DNA from: Limnoglobus sp.
Lineage (GTDB): Bacteria; Planctomycetota; Planctomycetia; Gemmatales; Gemmataceae
Direction: 5' to 3'
DNA length: 33,034 nt
Assembly: GCA_043727665.1 (NCBI GenBank)
Contig: JAYSYI010000468.1
Coordinates: 1 to 33,034 of the forward strand
Shown: positions 9,569-20,200 of the stretch, one piece after another
Layout: each line of letters begins with the position of its first letter
Numbering within the stretch: position 1 is the stretch's first letter
Position numbers and translations under genes: made by a program
The notes under the pieces: model-generated
Database searches by the model: none
What the model was told of the DNA's origin: nothing
Seen by the model: only the letters and a program-made list of their open reading frames with translations

Positions 9569-10693
9569 GTGACGAACTTTCCCAAATCGGCGACGGGGCG
9601 GATACTCACCGTCAACGGCGGTTCTTCTAGCATCAAGTTCGCACTGTTTGAACTGGGTGAACGACCACGCCGCATTCACAGTGGAACCGTCGATCGAGCA
9701 AACACCGATTGGATCGATTCGCTCGATTTGAGCGGATTAGTGGCAGTGGGGCATCGAATCGTTCATGGTGGGCCGACGCATTTCGACCCGCAATGGGTGA
9801 CGCCCGCACTGCTAGCGGACTTGCGTCTGGCCATGCCGCTCGACCCAAATCATTTGCCTGCCGAGATCGAATTAATCGAGACGATCGCACAACGGTTACC
9901 CGGCGTGCGACAGGTCGTTTGCTTCGACACCGCGTTTCACCGCGACTTGCCGAACGTTGCCAAGTTGCTGCCGATTCCACGCCAGTATGCTGATGCGGGA
10001 CTTCGCCGGTATGGCTTCCACGGGCTTTCGTACACGTATCTTTTATGCGAACTTGAACGCCTCGCCGGGCGTGTGATTGCCAACGGCCGCGTCGTGTTCG
10101 CGCACCTCGGCTCTGGGGCAAGCATGGCCGCGGTGCGTGGCGGAAAGTGCATCGACACGACGATGGGCTTCACCCCGGCGGGCGGGCTGATGATGGGAAC
10201 GCGGACCGGCGACATCGACCCCGGCGTGCTCGTCTACCTCACTCGCACGGAAGGGCTAACCGCGGATCAAATCGATGACTTGGTCAATCGCAGATCGGGT
10301 TTACTCGGCGTCTCGGGAAAGAGTGCGGACATGCGCGATCTACTTGCGAAGCAGGCGACCGACCCACACGCCGCAGAAGCGGTCGAGCTGTTTTGCTACC
10401 AGGCCCGCAAGTGCATCGGCGCGTATGCGGCGGCACTCGGGGGGCTGGATGCGATTGTGTTCTCCGGTGGCGTTGGCGAACATTCGCCGGAAGTCCGCGA
10501 GCGAATTTGCGATGGTCTCGCATTCCTCGGCGTGAAACTCGACACGGTGGCCAACACGGCGAACGCGACGGTGATTTCCAACTCCCGCGTGACCGTGCGC
10601 GTGATCCCGACCGACGAAGAAATCATCATCGCGTGTGCGGTGCGCGATCTTGTGACCCCACGAACGACGAACACGAAAGCACACACACCATGA
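9569..10693 (+). CDS. ackA: Acetate/propionate kinase
   Basis: [55 protein letters not shown]; start uncertain (GTG 9569 chosen). Confidence 0.95.
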   Translation: MTNFPKSATGRILTVNGGSSSIKFALFELGERPRRIHSGTVDRANTDWIDSLDLSGLVAVGHRIVHGGPTHFDPQWVTPALLADLRLAMPLDPNHLPAEIELIETIAQRLPGVRQVVCFDTAFHRDLPNVAKLLPIPRQYADAGLRRYGFHGLSYTYLLCELERLAGRVIANGRVVFAHLGSGASMAAVRGGKCIDTTMGFTPAGGLMMGTRTGDIDPGVLVYLTRTEGLTADQIDDLVNRRSGLLGVSGKSADMRDLLAKQATDPHAAEAVELFCYQARKCIGAYAAALGGLDAIVFSGGVGEHSPEVRERICDGLAFLGVKLDTVANTANATVISNSRVTVRVIPTDEEIIIACAVRDLVTPRTTNTKAHTP

Positions 10694-13080
10694 CAGCCGT
10701 CAGCGACGATCTTTTGCACAAGATGGACGCCTACTGGCGTGCGGCCAATTACCTGTCAGTCGGGCAAATCTACTTGCTCGATAATCCGCTGCTGAAAGTG
10801 CCTCTGACTCGCGCGCACATCAAGCCACGATTGCTCGGCCACTGGGGCACGACGCCGGGGCTGAACCTGCTGTACGTTCACCTAAATCGAGTGATTCGCG
10901 AACAAAACCTCGAGATGCTATACATCGCGGGGCCGGGGCACGGCGGGCCAGGGATCGTTGCGAACGTCTATCTCGAAGGCACGTACAGCGAGGTGTACCC
11001 GAAGATTTCTCGCGATGAATCGGGCATCAAAAAATTGTTCAAGCAATTCAGTTTCCCAGGTGGGATCGGTAGCCATTGCACCCCAGAAACGCCTGGCTCG
11101 ATCCACGAAGGCGGCGAACTTGGCTACTCGTTATCGCACGCTTTCGGCGCGGCTTTCGATAACCCGAATCTCATCGTCGCCTGCGTCGTCGGCGATGGCG
11201 AAGCCGAGACCGGCCCGCTGGCAACGGCGTGGCATTCGAACAAATTCCTCGACCCCGTTCGCGATGGGGCCGTGCTGCCGATCTTGCACCTCAACGGTTT
11301 CAAGATCGCCAACCCGACGATATTATCGCGCATCCCGCACGACGAACTCCGCAAGTTATTCGAAGGCTACGGCTACACGCCGTACTTCGTCGAAGGCGAC
11401 GATCCCGCAACCGTCCACAAGTTACTCGCCACCACGCTCGATACGGTGATCTCTGAAATACAAATGATGAAAGATGAAGGCAAAAGGATGAAAGATTCAT
11501 CCTTCATCCCTCATCCTTCATCCTTTCCAACATGGCCGATGATTATCCTGCGAACGCCGAAGGGCTGGACGTGTCCGCAGGAAATCGACGGCAAGACGGT
11601 GGTCGGTTCGTGGCGGAGCCATCAGGTGCCGATGTCGGATATGAGTTCCGAGGAACATATTCGCGTTCTCGAAACGTGGATGAAAAGCTATCGTCCCGAA
11701 GAATTATTCGACGCACATGGCGAGTTGCGGCCCGAGTTGGCGGCACTCGCGCCAACGGGTACCCTGCGAATGGGTGCGAACCCACACGCAAACGGCGGGC
11801 AGTTGCTACGCGATTTAGTCATGCCGAACTATCGCGATTACGCGGTAGCCGTAGCTTCGCCAGGTGCGATTGATGCCGAATCGACGCGCGTTCAAGGGAA
11901 GTTTCTACGCGACGTGATGAAACTCAACGCCGAAGCGAAAAACTTCCGCGTGTTCAGCCCCGACGAGTTGGCGTCGAACCGCTGGCAAGACGTTCTCGAC
12001 GCAACCGGCCGATGCTTCGTCGGCGAGATCGACCCCAATGACGGCACCCGCGAATCGCACGATGGCCGCGCGATGGAAGTGCTCTCTGAGCATCAGTGCC
12101 AAGGCTGGTTCGAAGGCTATCTGCTGACGGGCCGGCACGGCTTCTTTTCTTGTTATGAAGCGTTTATTCACATCGTTGGCTCGATGTTCAACCAACATGC
12201 CAAGTGGCTGAAAATTTGCCGCGAGGTGCCGTGGCGCAAACCGATCGCGAGCCTGAACTACCTGCTGAGTTCGCACGTGTGGCGGCAAGACCATAACGGT
12301 TTCAGCCATCAAGACCCCGGCTTCCTCGACCTCGTGTTGAACAAGAAAGCCGAGATCGTGCGGGTGTATCTGCCGCCCGACGCGAACACACTTCTGAGTG
12401 TCACCGACCATTGCCTGCGTAGCCGTGGATATGTCAACGTGGTCGTGGCGGGGAAGCAGTCCGCGCCGCAGTGGCTGGACATTCCCGCCGCAATCGCGCA
12501 TTGCGACGCGGGCATCGGCATCTGGCACTGGGCCTCGAACGATGGTGGGGCCGAACCCGATGTCGTGATCGCGTGCAGCGGCGACGTGCCGACACTCGAA
12601 GCGTTGGCGGGAGTGGCAATTCTGCGCGAGCATCTACCCAACCTGAAAGTGCGCTTCGTGAACGTCGTCGACCTGATGAAACTGCAACCCGAAAGCGAAC
12701 ACCCGCACGGCCTGAGCGACACCGCGTTCGATGCGCTGTTCACGACGAACAAACCAATTATTTTCGCGTTCCACGGTTACCCCTCGCTCATTCACCGATT
12801 GGCATACCGACGTACGAACCACAAGAACTTGCACGTTCGCGGCTACAAGGAAGAAGGCACGACGACGACGCCATTCGACATGTGCGTGCTGAATCAGATC
12901 GATCGTTTTAACATCGTGCGCGACGTGATGAAGCGAGTACCGGGCCTTGCTGCTACGTCGAGCGATACCGCGCAATTCATCGAAGCGAAGTTGGCCGAAC
13001 ACCGCAGTTACATCGTCGAACACGGCATCGACATGCCCGAAATCCTCAACTGGAAGTGGCCGTGCATACCCGCTAATTAA
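10690..13080 (+). CDS. xfp: Xylulose-5-phosphate/fructose-6-phosphate phosphoketolase
   Basis: [43 protein letters not shown] (TPP binding), [31 protein letters not shown]; ATGA overlap with the ackA stop. Confidence 0.97.
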   Translation: MTAVSDDLLHKMDAYWRAANYLSVGQIYLLDNPLLKVPLTRAHIKPRLLGHWGTTPGLNLLYVHLNRVIREQNLEMLYIAGPGHGGPGIVANVYLEGTYSEVYPKISRDESGIKKLFKQFSFPGGIGSHCTPETPGSIHEGGELGYSLSHAFGAAFDNPNLIVACVVGDGEAETGPLATAWHSNKFLDPVRDGAVLPILHLNGFKIANPTILSRIPHDELRKLFEGYGYTPYFVEGDDPATVHKLLATTLDTVISEIQMMKDEGKRMKDSSFIPHPSSFPTWPMIILRTPKGWTCPQEIDGKTVVGSWRSHQVPMSDMSSEEHIRVLETWMKSYRPEELFDAHGELRPELAALAPTGTLRMGANPHANGGQLLRDLVMPNYRDYAVAVASPGAIDAESTRVQGKFLRDVMKLNAEAKNFRVFSPDELASNRWQDVLDATGRCFVGEIDPNDGTRESHDGRAMEVLSEHQCQGWFEGYLLTGRHGFFSCYEAFIHIVGSMFNQHAKWLKICREVPWRKPIASLNYLLSSHVWRQDHNGFSHQDPGFLDLVLNKKAEIVRVYLPPDANTLLSVTDHCLRSRGYVNVVVAGKQSAPQWLDIPAAIAHCDAGIGIWHWASNDGGAEPDVVIACSGDVPTLEALAGVAILREHLPNLKVRFVNVVDLMKLQPESEHPHGLSDTAFDALFTTNKPIIFAFHGYPSLIHRLAYRRTNHKNLHVRGYKEEGTTTTPFDMCVLNQIDRFNIVRDVMKRVPGLAATSSDTAQFIEAKLAEHRSYIVEHGIDMPEILNWKWPCIPAN
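11465..11523. repeat. Inverted heptamer tandem repeat hairpin (GGATGAA)4-AGA-(TTCATCC)4 within xfp
   Basis: TGATGAA AGATGAA GGCAAAA GGATGAA aga TTCATCC TTCATCC CTCATCC TTCATCC. Confidence 0.9.
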
Positions 13081-13182
13081 GGTGTTTCCCGTTCGCCTTG
13101 ACCACTCGCGCGAGTACGTTTATTATCCCGTTCCGCACGTGGATGGTGCGGAATCTTCTGTGCGTGCCCAGGATGGGAAGCG

Positions 13183-16100
13183 ATGGCGGCCTTCCGCACG
13201 TGGTCGATACGATTGCTCATTCTCACAGTGCTTGCCGGGATCGGCTATGGCATCTGGTGGATGCAGTCGTACGTCAGTCCCGATGCGGTGCGTACGGCAT
13301 TACTCAGCACGTTCTCCGAGCAGTTTCCCGATGCCGAAGTCCACGTGGCTTCGGCACATATTCGCGTGTTCGGCGGGATTTCGATTCGCGATCTCACACT
13401 CACCAAACGCGGTGAAACCGAGCCATTCTTCGTCGCGCCTACTAGCATCATCTACCACGATAAAGAGCAAATCAATCGTGGGCGGTTGGTCATTCGCAAG
13501 ATCGATCTCGACGCACCGACATTCCGCATCGAACGCGGTACCGACGGCAAATGGGCGTTCGATGGCTTGCTAAAACCCGGTAGCGCATTGTCGCCATTAC
13601 CGACGTTTGTCGTCACGAAGGCGACGATCGTCATCGTGGATCGTTCGCCCAACCCCCTGCCCCGCATTACGCTTAGCGATGCCAATTTCACGATCGTCAA
13701 CGATCCGGCGCCGGTGTTCCTGAACATCAAGGCGAACGGCTTTGCGTCGGTAGGGGACAACCCGCTGGGCAAGTGTACGCTGATGGCGCGAATCAACCGC
13801 AGCACGGGGCAGATTTCGCTACGCATAGAAGTGCCCGAGCTTACGATCGGCCCATCGCTGATTGCCTTCATCGCAAGATGGGTACCCGAAGCCGCCACAT
13901 ACGAACAAGCCGTGACGGGGAAAGCCGCGATCAAGGCGGAACTCAGTGCCGAGCCGAACGGCCCGCTGGTGTACGATGTGCGTTTGCAACTGAAAGACGG
14001 CCGGTTTCAGGATGCACTGTTGCCGAGCGCACTTGAGAAAATCGAGACGACGATTCACGCCAAAGATGGCGTCGTCATCGTCGAAAAAGCGACGGGGCAA
14101 CTCGGGAATGCCACGCTCGAACTGAGCCTGGAAACCAAGTCGCTTTCGAGCACGCCGATGGCTACGATCCCGCCATCGACGCCCGGTGTGGTGCCCGCAC
14201 AACTCGCATCGAACGTTCGCCGTGGCGCGGGAACGCCGGTCGCCATGTGGGATCGCATCGAAGATAAACTCGTGCGAATCGAGGTCGCGCTCCGCGACCT
14301 CGTCGTCGATGATGCGCTATTCGAGCGACTGCCTTCCGAGGCAGCGACTTTGCGAACGAAATTTCAGCCAACCGGCATCGTGTCGCTCGGTTACAAATTC
14401 CAGCGGCTCAAGCTAAACGCCTGGCAACGCGACTTCGAAGTTCGCCCGGTCAAGATGGGACTCGCCTACGAGAAGTTTCGCTACCCGCTGACTGAAGTTG
14501 CGGGGTTGATCAAAAAAACAACGACGAACGCCGGCTCCGACGAAACGAAAATCGACCTCGCGGGCACCGGTAGCGGCCAGCGAATCGAAGTGAAAGGGAC
14601 GGTATCGGGCGATGGGCCAGACCCGTTCATTTCGCTGAAGATTAGCGGGAACAATATCCCCGTCAACGAGCAACTCTTCGCGGCATTGCCGAGCGAGAAG
14701 TACGCGAAAGCGTTGCGGAAACTGCGTGCATCAGGTCGCGGGGATTTCGTCGCTGAGGTTCGCCAACTTGCAAACGTGAACAAGCTCGAAAACGTCATTC
14801 GCATTCAAGTCTACGACGGCGGACTCGACTACACGCTATTCCCGTACCCGATCGAAAAAGCGAGCGGCAAGATCGCGGTGTATGTGACCTCGACCGACCT
14901 CGAACGCCCGATTCAGTCCGGTGGCACGCGGACCGCGCTTCCCGATACGGACCACATCGAACTCCGCGAATTCACCGGTCGCCACGCCGGCGGAAACATC
15001 TGGCTGAAAGGCGACATAGACCCAATTCCGGGAAGCCTCGACCGTAGACTCGCGTTCTCGATCTGGGGGCGTAACTGCCCGATCGACGATCACTTGCGAG
15101 CGGCGCTGACTGCGATTAAGCTCGATAATGTCTGGCGGACTTTTTCGCCACGCGGCCAACTGACGTTTGCGGTTGACGTCGATATCATTGACCGCGTTGC
15201 GGTTGCGGGGAGCCCGACGCGGCCGCCACTCGGCCCCGTGTTACCGCCGAGTGTGCCGATGTCATACGGCCAATTAATGAGGCGAGATCGATCCGCAACC
15301 GAAACGCCGGCGGTGCCGTTCAATCCGGCAACCGACCTGAAACTCGCATTCCATTTCGAGGGGCCGAGCGTCACGCCGGACTTCTTCCCCATCGCGATTG
15401 ATCGGCTAGCCGGGCGATTGAAGTACGATGGCTCGCAAGTGAAGCTCGAGCATTTCAGCGGGATGCACGGCGACGCAAAACTGAAGCTGAACGCTGCCGA
15501 CGTGCGGTTTTACGATGGCGGGCAAGTCTGGGCGAACATCGGGAAATTGGAGATCGCGCCACTGATTATGGACGACGAGATTTTGAACGCACTGCCTTAC
15601 GGGTTACGTCGTGGCGTCAAGGAAATGAACCTCTGCGGCCCCGCCGAACTTATGCTGAACCACCTCGTTGTGCTGACGGCAAAGGACGGTTCGCCGAGCG
15701 AGGAACCGCGTGCGTTACCGAAACTGCCGCCGACGACGATGCGAAATGCGTCGCCCATCGCACGCGGTCAGGCACCGGGTTCGTTTAGTCAAACGGTCGA
15801 ACCGGCGGACCCCGATGTCTTCTGGAACGGCGAGTTGCGCCTGATGGGGGCATCGTTCGATATCGGCGTGCCGTGCGAACAAGCGGCAGGGAAACTCGCG
15901 ATCAGCGGACGTTACCACGGCACTTACCTCGGCAAAGTTGCGGGCAATTTGTGGCTCGATCGCGCGCTGATCGCGCAACACCCCGTGACGGCGGTGAAGG
16001 TGACATTCGATGCCGACCCGCAAACGATGAACCCTAGCAAGCCCGGGGAACTCCTGCACGTCGCGTTCAAATTCACCGACCTTACTGGGTCGTTGTTTCG

Positions 16101-16737
16101 CGGCACTGTGGGCGGCACGGGTCGGGTTGTGCTGTCGGACCCGGTTCGTTATAGGCTCGCACTGACAGCCACCGACGTTCGCCTTGAGGACATCGCCCAG
16201 CACCACAACCTCGGTAACGGCGTGAAGCTCGAAGGCGCGGCACAAGGGAACATCCTGATCGAAACGGTGCCCGACCCGCGGACCGGCGCGATGTCGATCG
16301 AAGGCTACGGCAAGGCCGATGTGGACCGCGGCCACATCCTGAATTTGCCCGTGCTGATGCCGTTGTTGAAGACACTGAAATTGCAGGCACCCGACAAAAC
16401 GGCTTTCGAGGAAGCCCATGCGACGTTTTCGATTCGCGGCGATCGCATCCGCGTGGAACATCTCGACTTACTCGGTTCCGCCATCAGCCTCGGAGGTTCC
16501 GGGGAAATCGACATGGCAGGCGATTACGTGAAGTTCGACTTTTACACGATATTATCGCAGACATTACAGCGCTGGCTGACCACGCCGTTCGGCGATGTAA
16601 CGGCCGCTGTCAGCGAGAAATTGTTTAAGATCGAGGTCGTGCGGAAAGACGGCGAACTGAAATACGAACCGCGGATCGTCCCGTTCGTGACGGCCCCGTT
16701 CCGGGCGATTGCGGACCGGATGAAAATACGAAAGTAA
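13183..16737 (+). CDS. AsmA-like (repeating beta-groove) membrane-anchored protein
   Basis: Single N-terminal TM anchor, about 1180 aa of beta-rich sequence, AsmA-like N-terminus (ISIRDLTL...IRKIDLDAPTFRIERGTDGKW) and AsmA_2-like C-terminus (FEEAHATFSIRGDRIRVEHLDLLGSAISLGGSGEID). Confidence 0.75.
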   Translation: MAAFRTWSIRLLILTVLAGIGYGIWWMQSYVSPDAVRTALLSTFSEQFPDAEVHVASAHIRVFGGISIRDLTLTKRGETEPFFVAPTSIIYHDKEQINRGRLVIRKIDLDAPTFRIERGTDGKWAFDGLLKPGSALSPLPTFVVTKATIVIVDRSPNPLPRITLSDANFTIVNDPAPVFLNIKANGFASVGDNPLGKCTLMARINRSTGQISLRIEVPELTIGPSLIAFIARWVPEAATYEQAVTGKAAIKAELSAEPNGPLVYDVRLQLKDGRFQDALLPSALEKIETTIHAKDGVVIVEKATGQLGNATLELSLETKSLSSTPMATIPPSTPGVVPAQLASNVRRGAGTPVAMWDRIEDKLVRIEVALRDLVVDDALFERLPSEAATLRTKFQPTGIVSLGYKFQRLKLNAWQRDFEVRPVKMGLAYEKFRYPLTEVAGLIKKTTTNAGSDETKIDLAGTGSGQRIEVKGTVSGDGPDPFISLKISGNNIPVNEQLFAALPSEKYAKALRKLRASGRGDFVAEVRQLANVNKLENVIRIQVYDGGLDYTLFPYPIEKASGKIAVYVTSTDLERPIQSGGTRTALPDTDHIELREFTGRHAGGNIWLKGDIDPIPGSLDRRLAFSIWGRNCPIDDHLRAALTAIKLDNVWRTFSPRGQLTFAVDVDIIDRVAVAGSPTRPPLGPVLPPSVPMSYGQLMRRDRSATETPAVPFNPATDLKLAFHFEGPSVTPDFFPIAIDRLAGRLKYDGSQVKLEHFSGMHGDAKLKLNAADVRFYDGGQVWANIGKLEIAPLIMDDEILNALPYGLRRGVKEMNLCGPAELMLNHLVVLTAKDGSPSEEPRALPKLPPTTMRNASPIARGQAPGSFSQTVEPADPDVFWNGELRLMGASFDIGVPCEQAAGKLAISGRYHGTYLGKVAGNLWLDRALIAQHPVTAVKVTFDADPQTMNPSKPGELLHVAFKFTDLTGSLFRGTVGGTGRVVLSDPVRYRLALTATDVRLEDIAQHHNLGNGVKLEGAAQGNILIETVPDPRTGAMSIEGYGKADVDRGHILNLPVLMPLLKTLKLQAPDKTAFEEAHATFSIRGDRIRVEHLDLLGSAISLGGSGEIDMAGDYVKFDFYTILSQTLQRWLTTPFGDVTAAVSEKLFKIEVVRKDGELKYEPRIVPFVTAPFRAIADRMKIRK

Positions 16738-16751
16738 ACGGGAGAACCATC

Positions 16752-18014
16752 GTGTTCCTGCTCGGCGGCATCTTGCATCGAATGATCTTCTGGGAACTCC
16801 TGAGAGTCTTCGCGCTTACGCTCACCGGCCTGACCGGGTTGTTCCTCATTGGCCTCGTCATCCAGCAAGCGAGCCAGCTCGGGCTTTCGATCGGGCAGAC
16901 GCTCGCGATCATTCCGCTATTGATTCCGTACACGCTGCCATACACGATTCCCACGACGACGCTGTTCGCATCGTGCGTCGTTTACGGGCGGATCGCGCAC
17001 GACAACGAAGCGGTCGCGATGAAAGCCGCCGGTGTGAATCTGTATTCGATTCTCCGCCCCGCCGCGCTGCTCGGGTTACTCATGAGTCTCGTCACGTTCG
17101 GCCTTTCCTACACCGTAATTCCCAACTCGAACGCGACGCTGCAACAGCAGATTCTGAAGGATCCCGAAGAGATTCTCTACGGTATGCTGAAACGCGAACG
17201 CACCTTCCGCGCGAACAACTTCCCGTATGTCATCCACGTCAAGGATGTGCAGGGACGGCGACTGATCGATGTGATCTTCAAGCGAAAGAAGATGGAAAAG
17301 GACAACGTTGGCAAAGACATTTGGCTCGGTGTGTACGACTACGTGATTCGCGCTAGAGAGGCGCGATTGCGGGTGGTGATGCCGACGCCGGATAAGCCGA
17401 ATGAGCCGACGATGCTGTTTATCGATCCGGATCGCTGGGTCGGTGCGGACGGTACGATGTCGATCGAAACGGGGAGTTCGCGGCCTGTCGGCGTGCCATT
17501 GCCAGACGTGTTCTCGCCGAAGGATGTGAAGGATCGGCCTATGAATTTGCGGTGGGACGAACTACCACCGAAGGCGCACGAATTCGAACTCGAATACCTG
17601 AAGGCCGTCAGCCAGCAAATCGCAACGGCAAAGATCATTGCAACGACGACAGACCTGGTTATGAAGGAACGAAACGAGAAGCACGCGGTCGGATTGCAGT
17701 ATTTGGCCGAGCACTGGATGCGGCAAATTCGCAACACGCAAAACGAGTATTACATGCGGCCCGCGCTGGCACTGAGTTGCCTCGTGTTCGCGCTCATCGG
17801 CTGCCCCGTTGGCATCTGGGCGAACCGTGCGGATTACCTGAGTTCGTTTGTCATCTGCTTCCTGCCAACGGTGTTTGCCTACTACCCGATTTTGCTCGCC
17901 GGCTCGAACATGGCCCGCGATGGCAAAGTCCCGATGCCCGTCGGCATCTTCGCCGCTGACGCGATCGTCGCCATACTTGCCGGCCTGCTGACGATCCGAT
18001 TGGTTAAGCGCTAA
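16752..18014 (+). CDS. LptF/LptG family permease
   Basis: ILHRMIFWELL, LPYTIP..LFA...YGRIAHDNEAVAMKAAGVNLYSILRP, and ALSCLVFALIGCPVG; 3+3 TM layout around a periplasmic domain. Confidence 0.9.
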   Translation: MFLLGGILHRMIFWELLRVFALTLTGLTGLFLIGLVIQQASQLGLSIGQTLAIIPLLIPYTLPYTIPTTTLFASCVVYGRIAHDNEAVAMKAAGVNLYSILRPAALLGLLMSLVTFGLSYTVIPNSNATLQQQILKDPEEILYGMLKRERTFRANNFPYVIHVKDVQGRRLIDVIFKRKKMEKDNVGKDIWLGVYDYVIRAREARLRVVMPTPDKPNEPTMLFIDPDRWVGADGTMSIETGSSRPVGVPLPDVFSPKDVKDRPMNLRWDELPPKAHEFELEYLKAVSQQIATAKIIATTTDLVMKERNEKHAVGLQYLAEHWMRQIRNTQNEYYMRPALALSCLVFALIGCPVGIWANRADYLSSFVICFLPTVFAYYPILLAGSNMARDGKVPMPVGIFAADAIVAILAGLLTIRLVKR

Positions 18015-18027
18015 ACGATTTCCATCG

Positions 18028-18047
18028 CAGAAGTCGCGAGACTTCTG
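18028..18047. repeat. REP-like hairpin CAGAAGTC-GCGA-GACTTCTG (may also act as terminator/stabiliser)
   Basis: Perfect 8-bp stem 13 nt after the LptF/G stop; similar to 28718-28741. Confidence 0.55.
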
Positions 18048-18109
18048 ACACGCGATGTTCAATCGGTTATGCTGTCTGTACACGCTTACAACTCCCTGCT
18101 TGGTTGCGT

Positions 18110-20200
18110 ATGTACCGACTGCTGTTTCCCATCGTGCTGTTGGCAACGATCCCTGCCTCGGCTGCACCGCCGGATTTCGACAGCAACGTTGCGCTGCTCA
18201 TCATCAAGCAATGTATCGAGTGCCATGGCCCGACCGAACCGAAGGGCGGCCTCGATCTGACGACGAAGAAAACCGTCGTAGGACTCGACGAGGAATCGGT
18301 GGTCGTACCCGGCAAACTCGCGATGAGTCGCCTTTGGGAACGGGTGAGTATCAACGAGATGCCACCGAAACATCCGCTGAACGCGGCCGAGAAAGCGATT
18401 TTCAAAAGCTGGATCGAGAGCGGTGCCAACTGGGGCCGCGACCCGATCGATCCGCTCGCGCTTTCGACGAGCGAACGCGGTGGCCGCGACTGGTGGGCAC
18501 TGCAACCACTTCAGCCTTACACGGTGCCTGCGGGCAGTCATCCCGTCGATCATTTCGTAGCCATTGCACGTACGGCCAAGGGGCTGTCCGCATCTGCACC
18601 TGCTGACCCGCGTATGCTCGTTCGTCGTTTGTACTTCGACCTCGTCGGCTTACCACCATCGCCGGAAACGATCGAAGCGTTTGCGAATAAGCCTGCCGAT
18701 GAAGCCTATTTCGCACTCGTCGACAAACTACTTGCGTCGCCGCAATACGGCGAACGCTGGGCGCGGCACTGGCTCGATCTCGTGCGCTACGGCGAAAGTG
18801 ATGGCTTCGAGCGGAACGCGCCGCGACCGAATGCGTGGCACTACCGCGACTTCGTGATTGCCGCGTTCAACGCCGATATGCCGTTCGATCAGTTCGCGAA
18901 ATGGCAGATCGCCGGGGATATTTTGCAACCAGACCAACCGGCGGCGATCAAAGCTACCGGCTTACTGGTGGCCGGCATTCATAACACCGTGCTCGGCTCG
19001 AATGCCATCTCGAATGCGACCGCACGGCAAGATGAAATCGAAGATATTCTCTCCGCCGTCGGGCAGACGTTCCTCGGCCTCACGGTTCAATGTGCGCGGT
19101 GTCACGATCATAAATTCGATGCGATCACACAGGTCGATTATTATCGTTTCGCAGCTGCGCTCGGTGGTGTGAACCATGGCGAACGGCCTGCAAAAAAAGC
19201 CGAACCGACGTTGGTCTACGCGATTTCGCCGAAGCCCGCACCGCCGACGCACGTGCTTTCCCGAGGCAACGTGGAGAAGCCGAAAGCGGTGGTCAGTGCG
19301 GGTGGCGTGGGGAGCATTCCGGGTGTCGCAAATTTCACTTTGCCACACGATGCACCCGAAGGATTGCGACGCCAAAAGCTCGCGGAATGGATCGCGCGAC
19401 CCGATAACCCGGCATTCACACGCACGATCGTCAACCGGCTTTGGCACCATCACTTCGGCACGGGCGTCGTCGATTCGCCGAGCGATCTCGGCTTCAACGG
19501 AGGGCGGCCATCGCACCCCGAATTGCTCGACTGGCTCGCGGCGGAACTCGTGCGCCAGAAGTTTCATTTGAAGCCACTCCACCGGTTAATGGTAACCTCG
19601 GCAGCGTACCGTCAGTCGTCGGCGAAGGTGGCCACCGCGTTCGCGAAAGACGCGGACAATCGGCTGTTATGGCGGATGTCCCCGCGGCGGCTCGAAGGCG
19701 AAGCGATACGCGACGCGATGCTCGTTGTGGCCGGGAAAATGAACCCGAAAGCGGGTGGGCCGGGTTACCACGATGTCCGCACTTACGGCGATAGCGGCAC
19801 CCTTTATTACGAGCCAATCGACCCCATCGGCGACGAGTTTCAACGCCGAACGATCTACCGTTTCTCGCCCCGTGGCGAACGCAGTGCGCTACTGGAAACG
19901 TTCGATTGCCCCGATCCGTCTGCACTGACACCCCGCCGTCAAACGACGACGACGCCACTCCAGGCGCTCGCGCTTTGGAACGACAGTTTCGTGCTGCGCA
20001 CGTCGCAGTCATTCGCCGAGCGAATCGGTGTAGAGGGAAAGGGAACTCCCTCACAGATCGATCGTGCTTATCGACTGTCACTGGGCCGTCAGCCGCGCGA
20101 TGACGAGCGAAAACATGCCGCTGCCGTCGTGGATAAACACGGGTTGGCGGCGTTGTGTCGCGTACTGTTTAACTGCAACGAATTCGTGGTGATGGAATGA
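18110..20200 (+). CDS. PSD1 and planctomycete cytochrome c domain protein (PSCyt1/DUF1549/DUF1553)
   Basis: Signal peptide; CIECH and CARCHDHKFD; YGERWARHWLDLVRYGESDG; IVNRLWHHHFGTG; PSHPELLDWLA; TPLQAL. Confidence 0.93.
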   Translation: MYRLLFPIVLLATIPASAAPPDFDSNVALLIIKQCIECHGPTEPKGGLDLTTKKTVVGLDEESVVVPGKLAMSRLWERVSINEMPPKHPLNAAEKAIFKSWIESGANWGRDPIDPLALSTSERGGRDWWALQPLQPYTVPAGSHPVDHFVAIARTAKGLSASAPADPRMLVRRLYFDLVGLPPSPETIEAFANKPADEAYFALVDKLLASPQYGERWARHWLDLVRYGESDGFERNAPRPNAWHYRDFVIAAFNADMPFDQFAKWQIAGDILQPDQPAAIKATGLLVAGIHNTVLGSNAISNATARQDEIEDILSAVGQTFLGLTVQCARCHDHKFDAITQVDYYRFAAALGGVNHGERPAKKAEPTLVYAISPKPAPPTHVLSRGNVEKPKAVVSAGGVGSIPGVANFTLPHDAPEGLRRQKLAEWIARPDNPAFTRTIVNRLWHHHFGTGVVDSPSDLGFNGGRPSHPELLDWLAAELVRQKFHLKPLHRLMVTSAAYRQSSAKVATAFAKDADNRLLWRMSPRRLEGEAIRDAMLVVAGKMNPKAGGPGYHDVRTYGDSGTLYYEPIDPIGDEFQRRTIYRFSPRGERSALLETFDCPDPSALTPRRQTTTTPLQALALWNDSFVLRTSQSFAERIGVEGKGTPSQIDRAYRLSLGRQPRDDERKHAAAVVDKHGLAALCRVLFNCNEFVVME

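Noticed and set aside
10393-10689. N-terminal extensions in the ORF track for xfp (and likewise 2029-2301 and 5649-5720)
   Set aside because: They overlap the upstream genes in another frame; family N-termini and RBS positions support the downstream ATGs.
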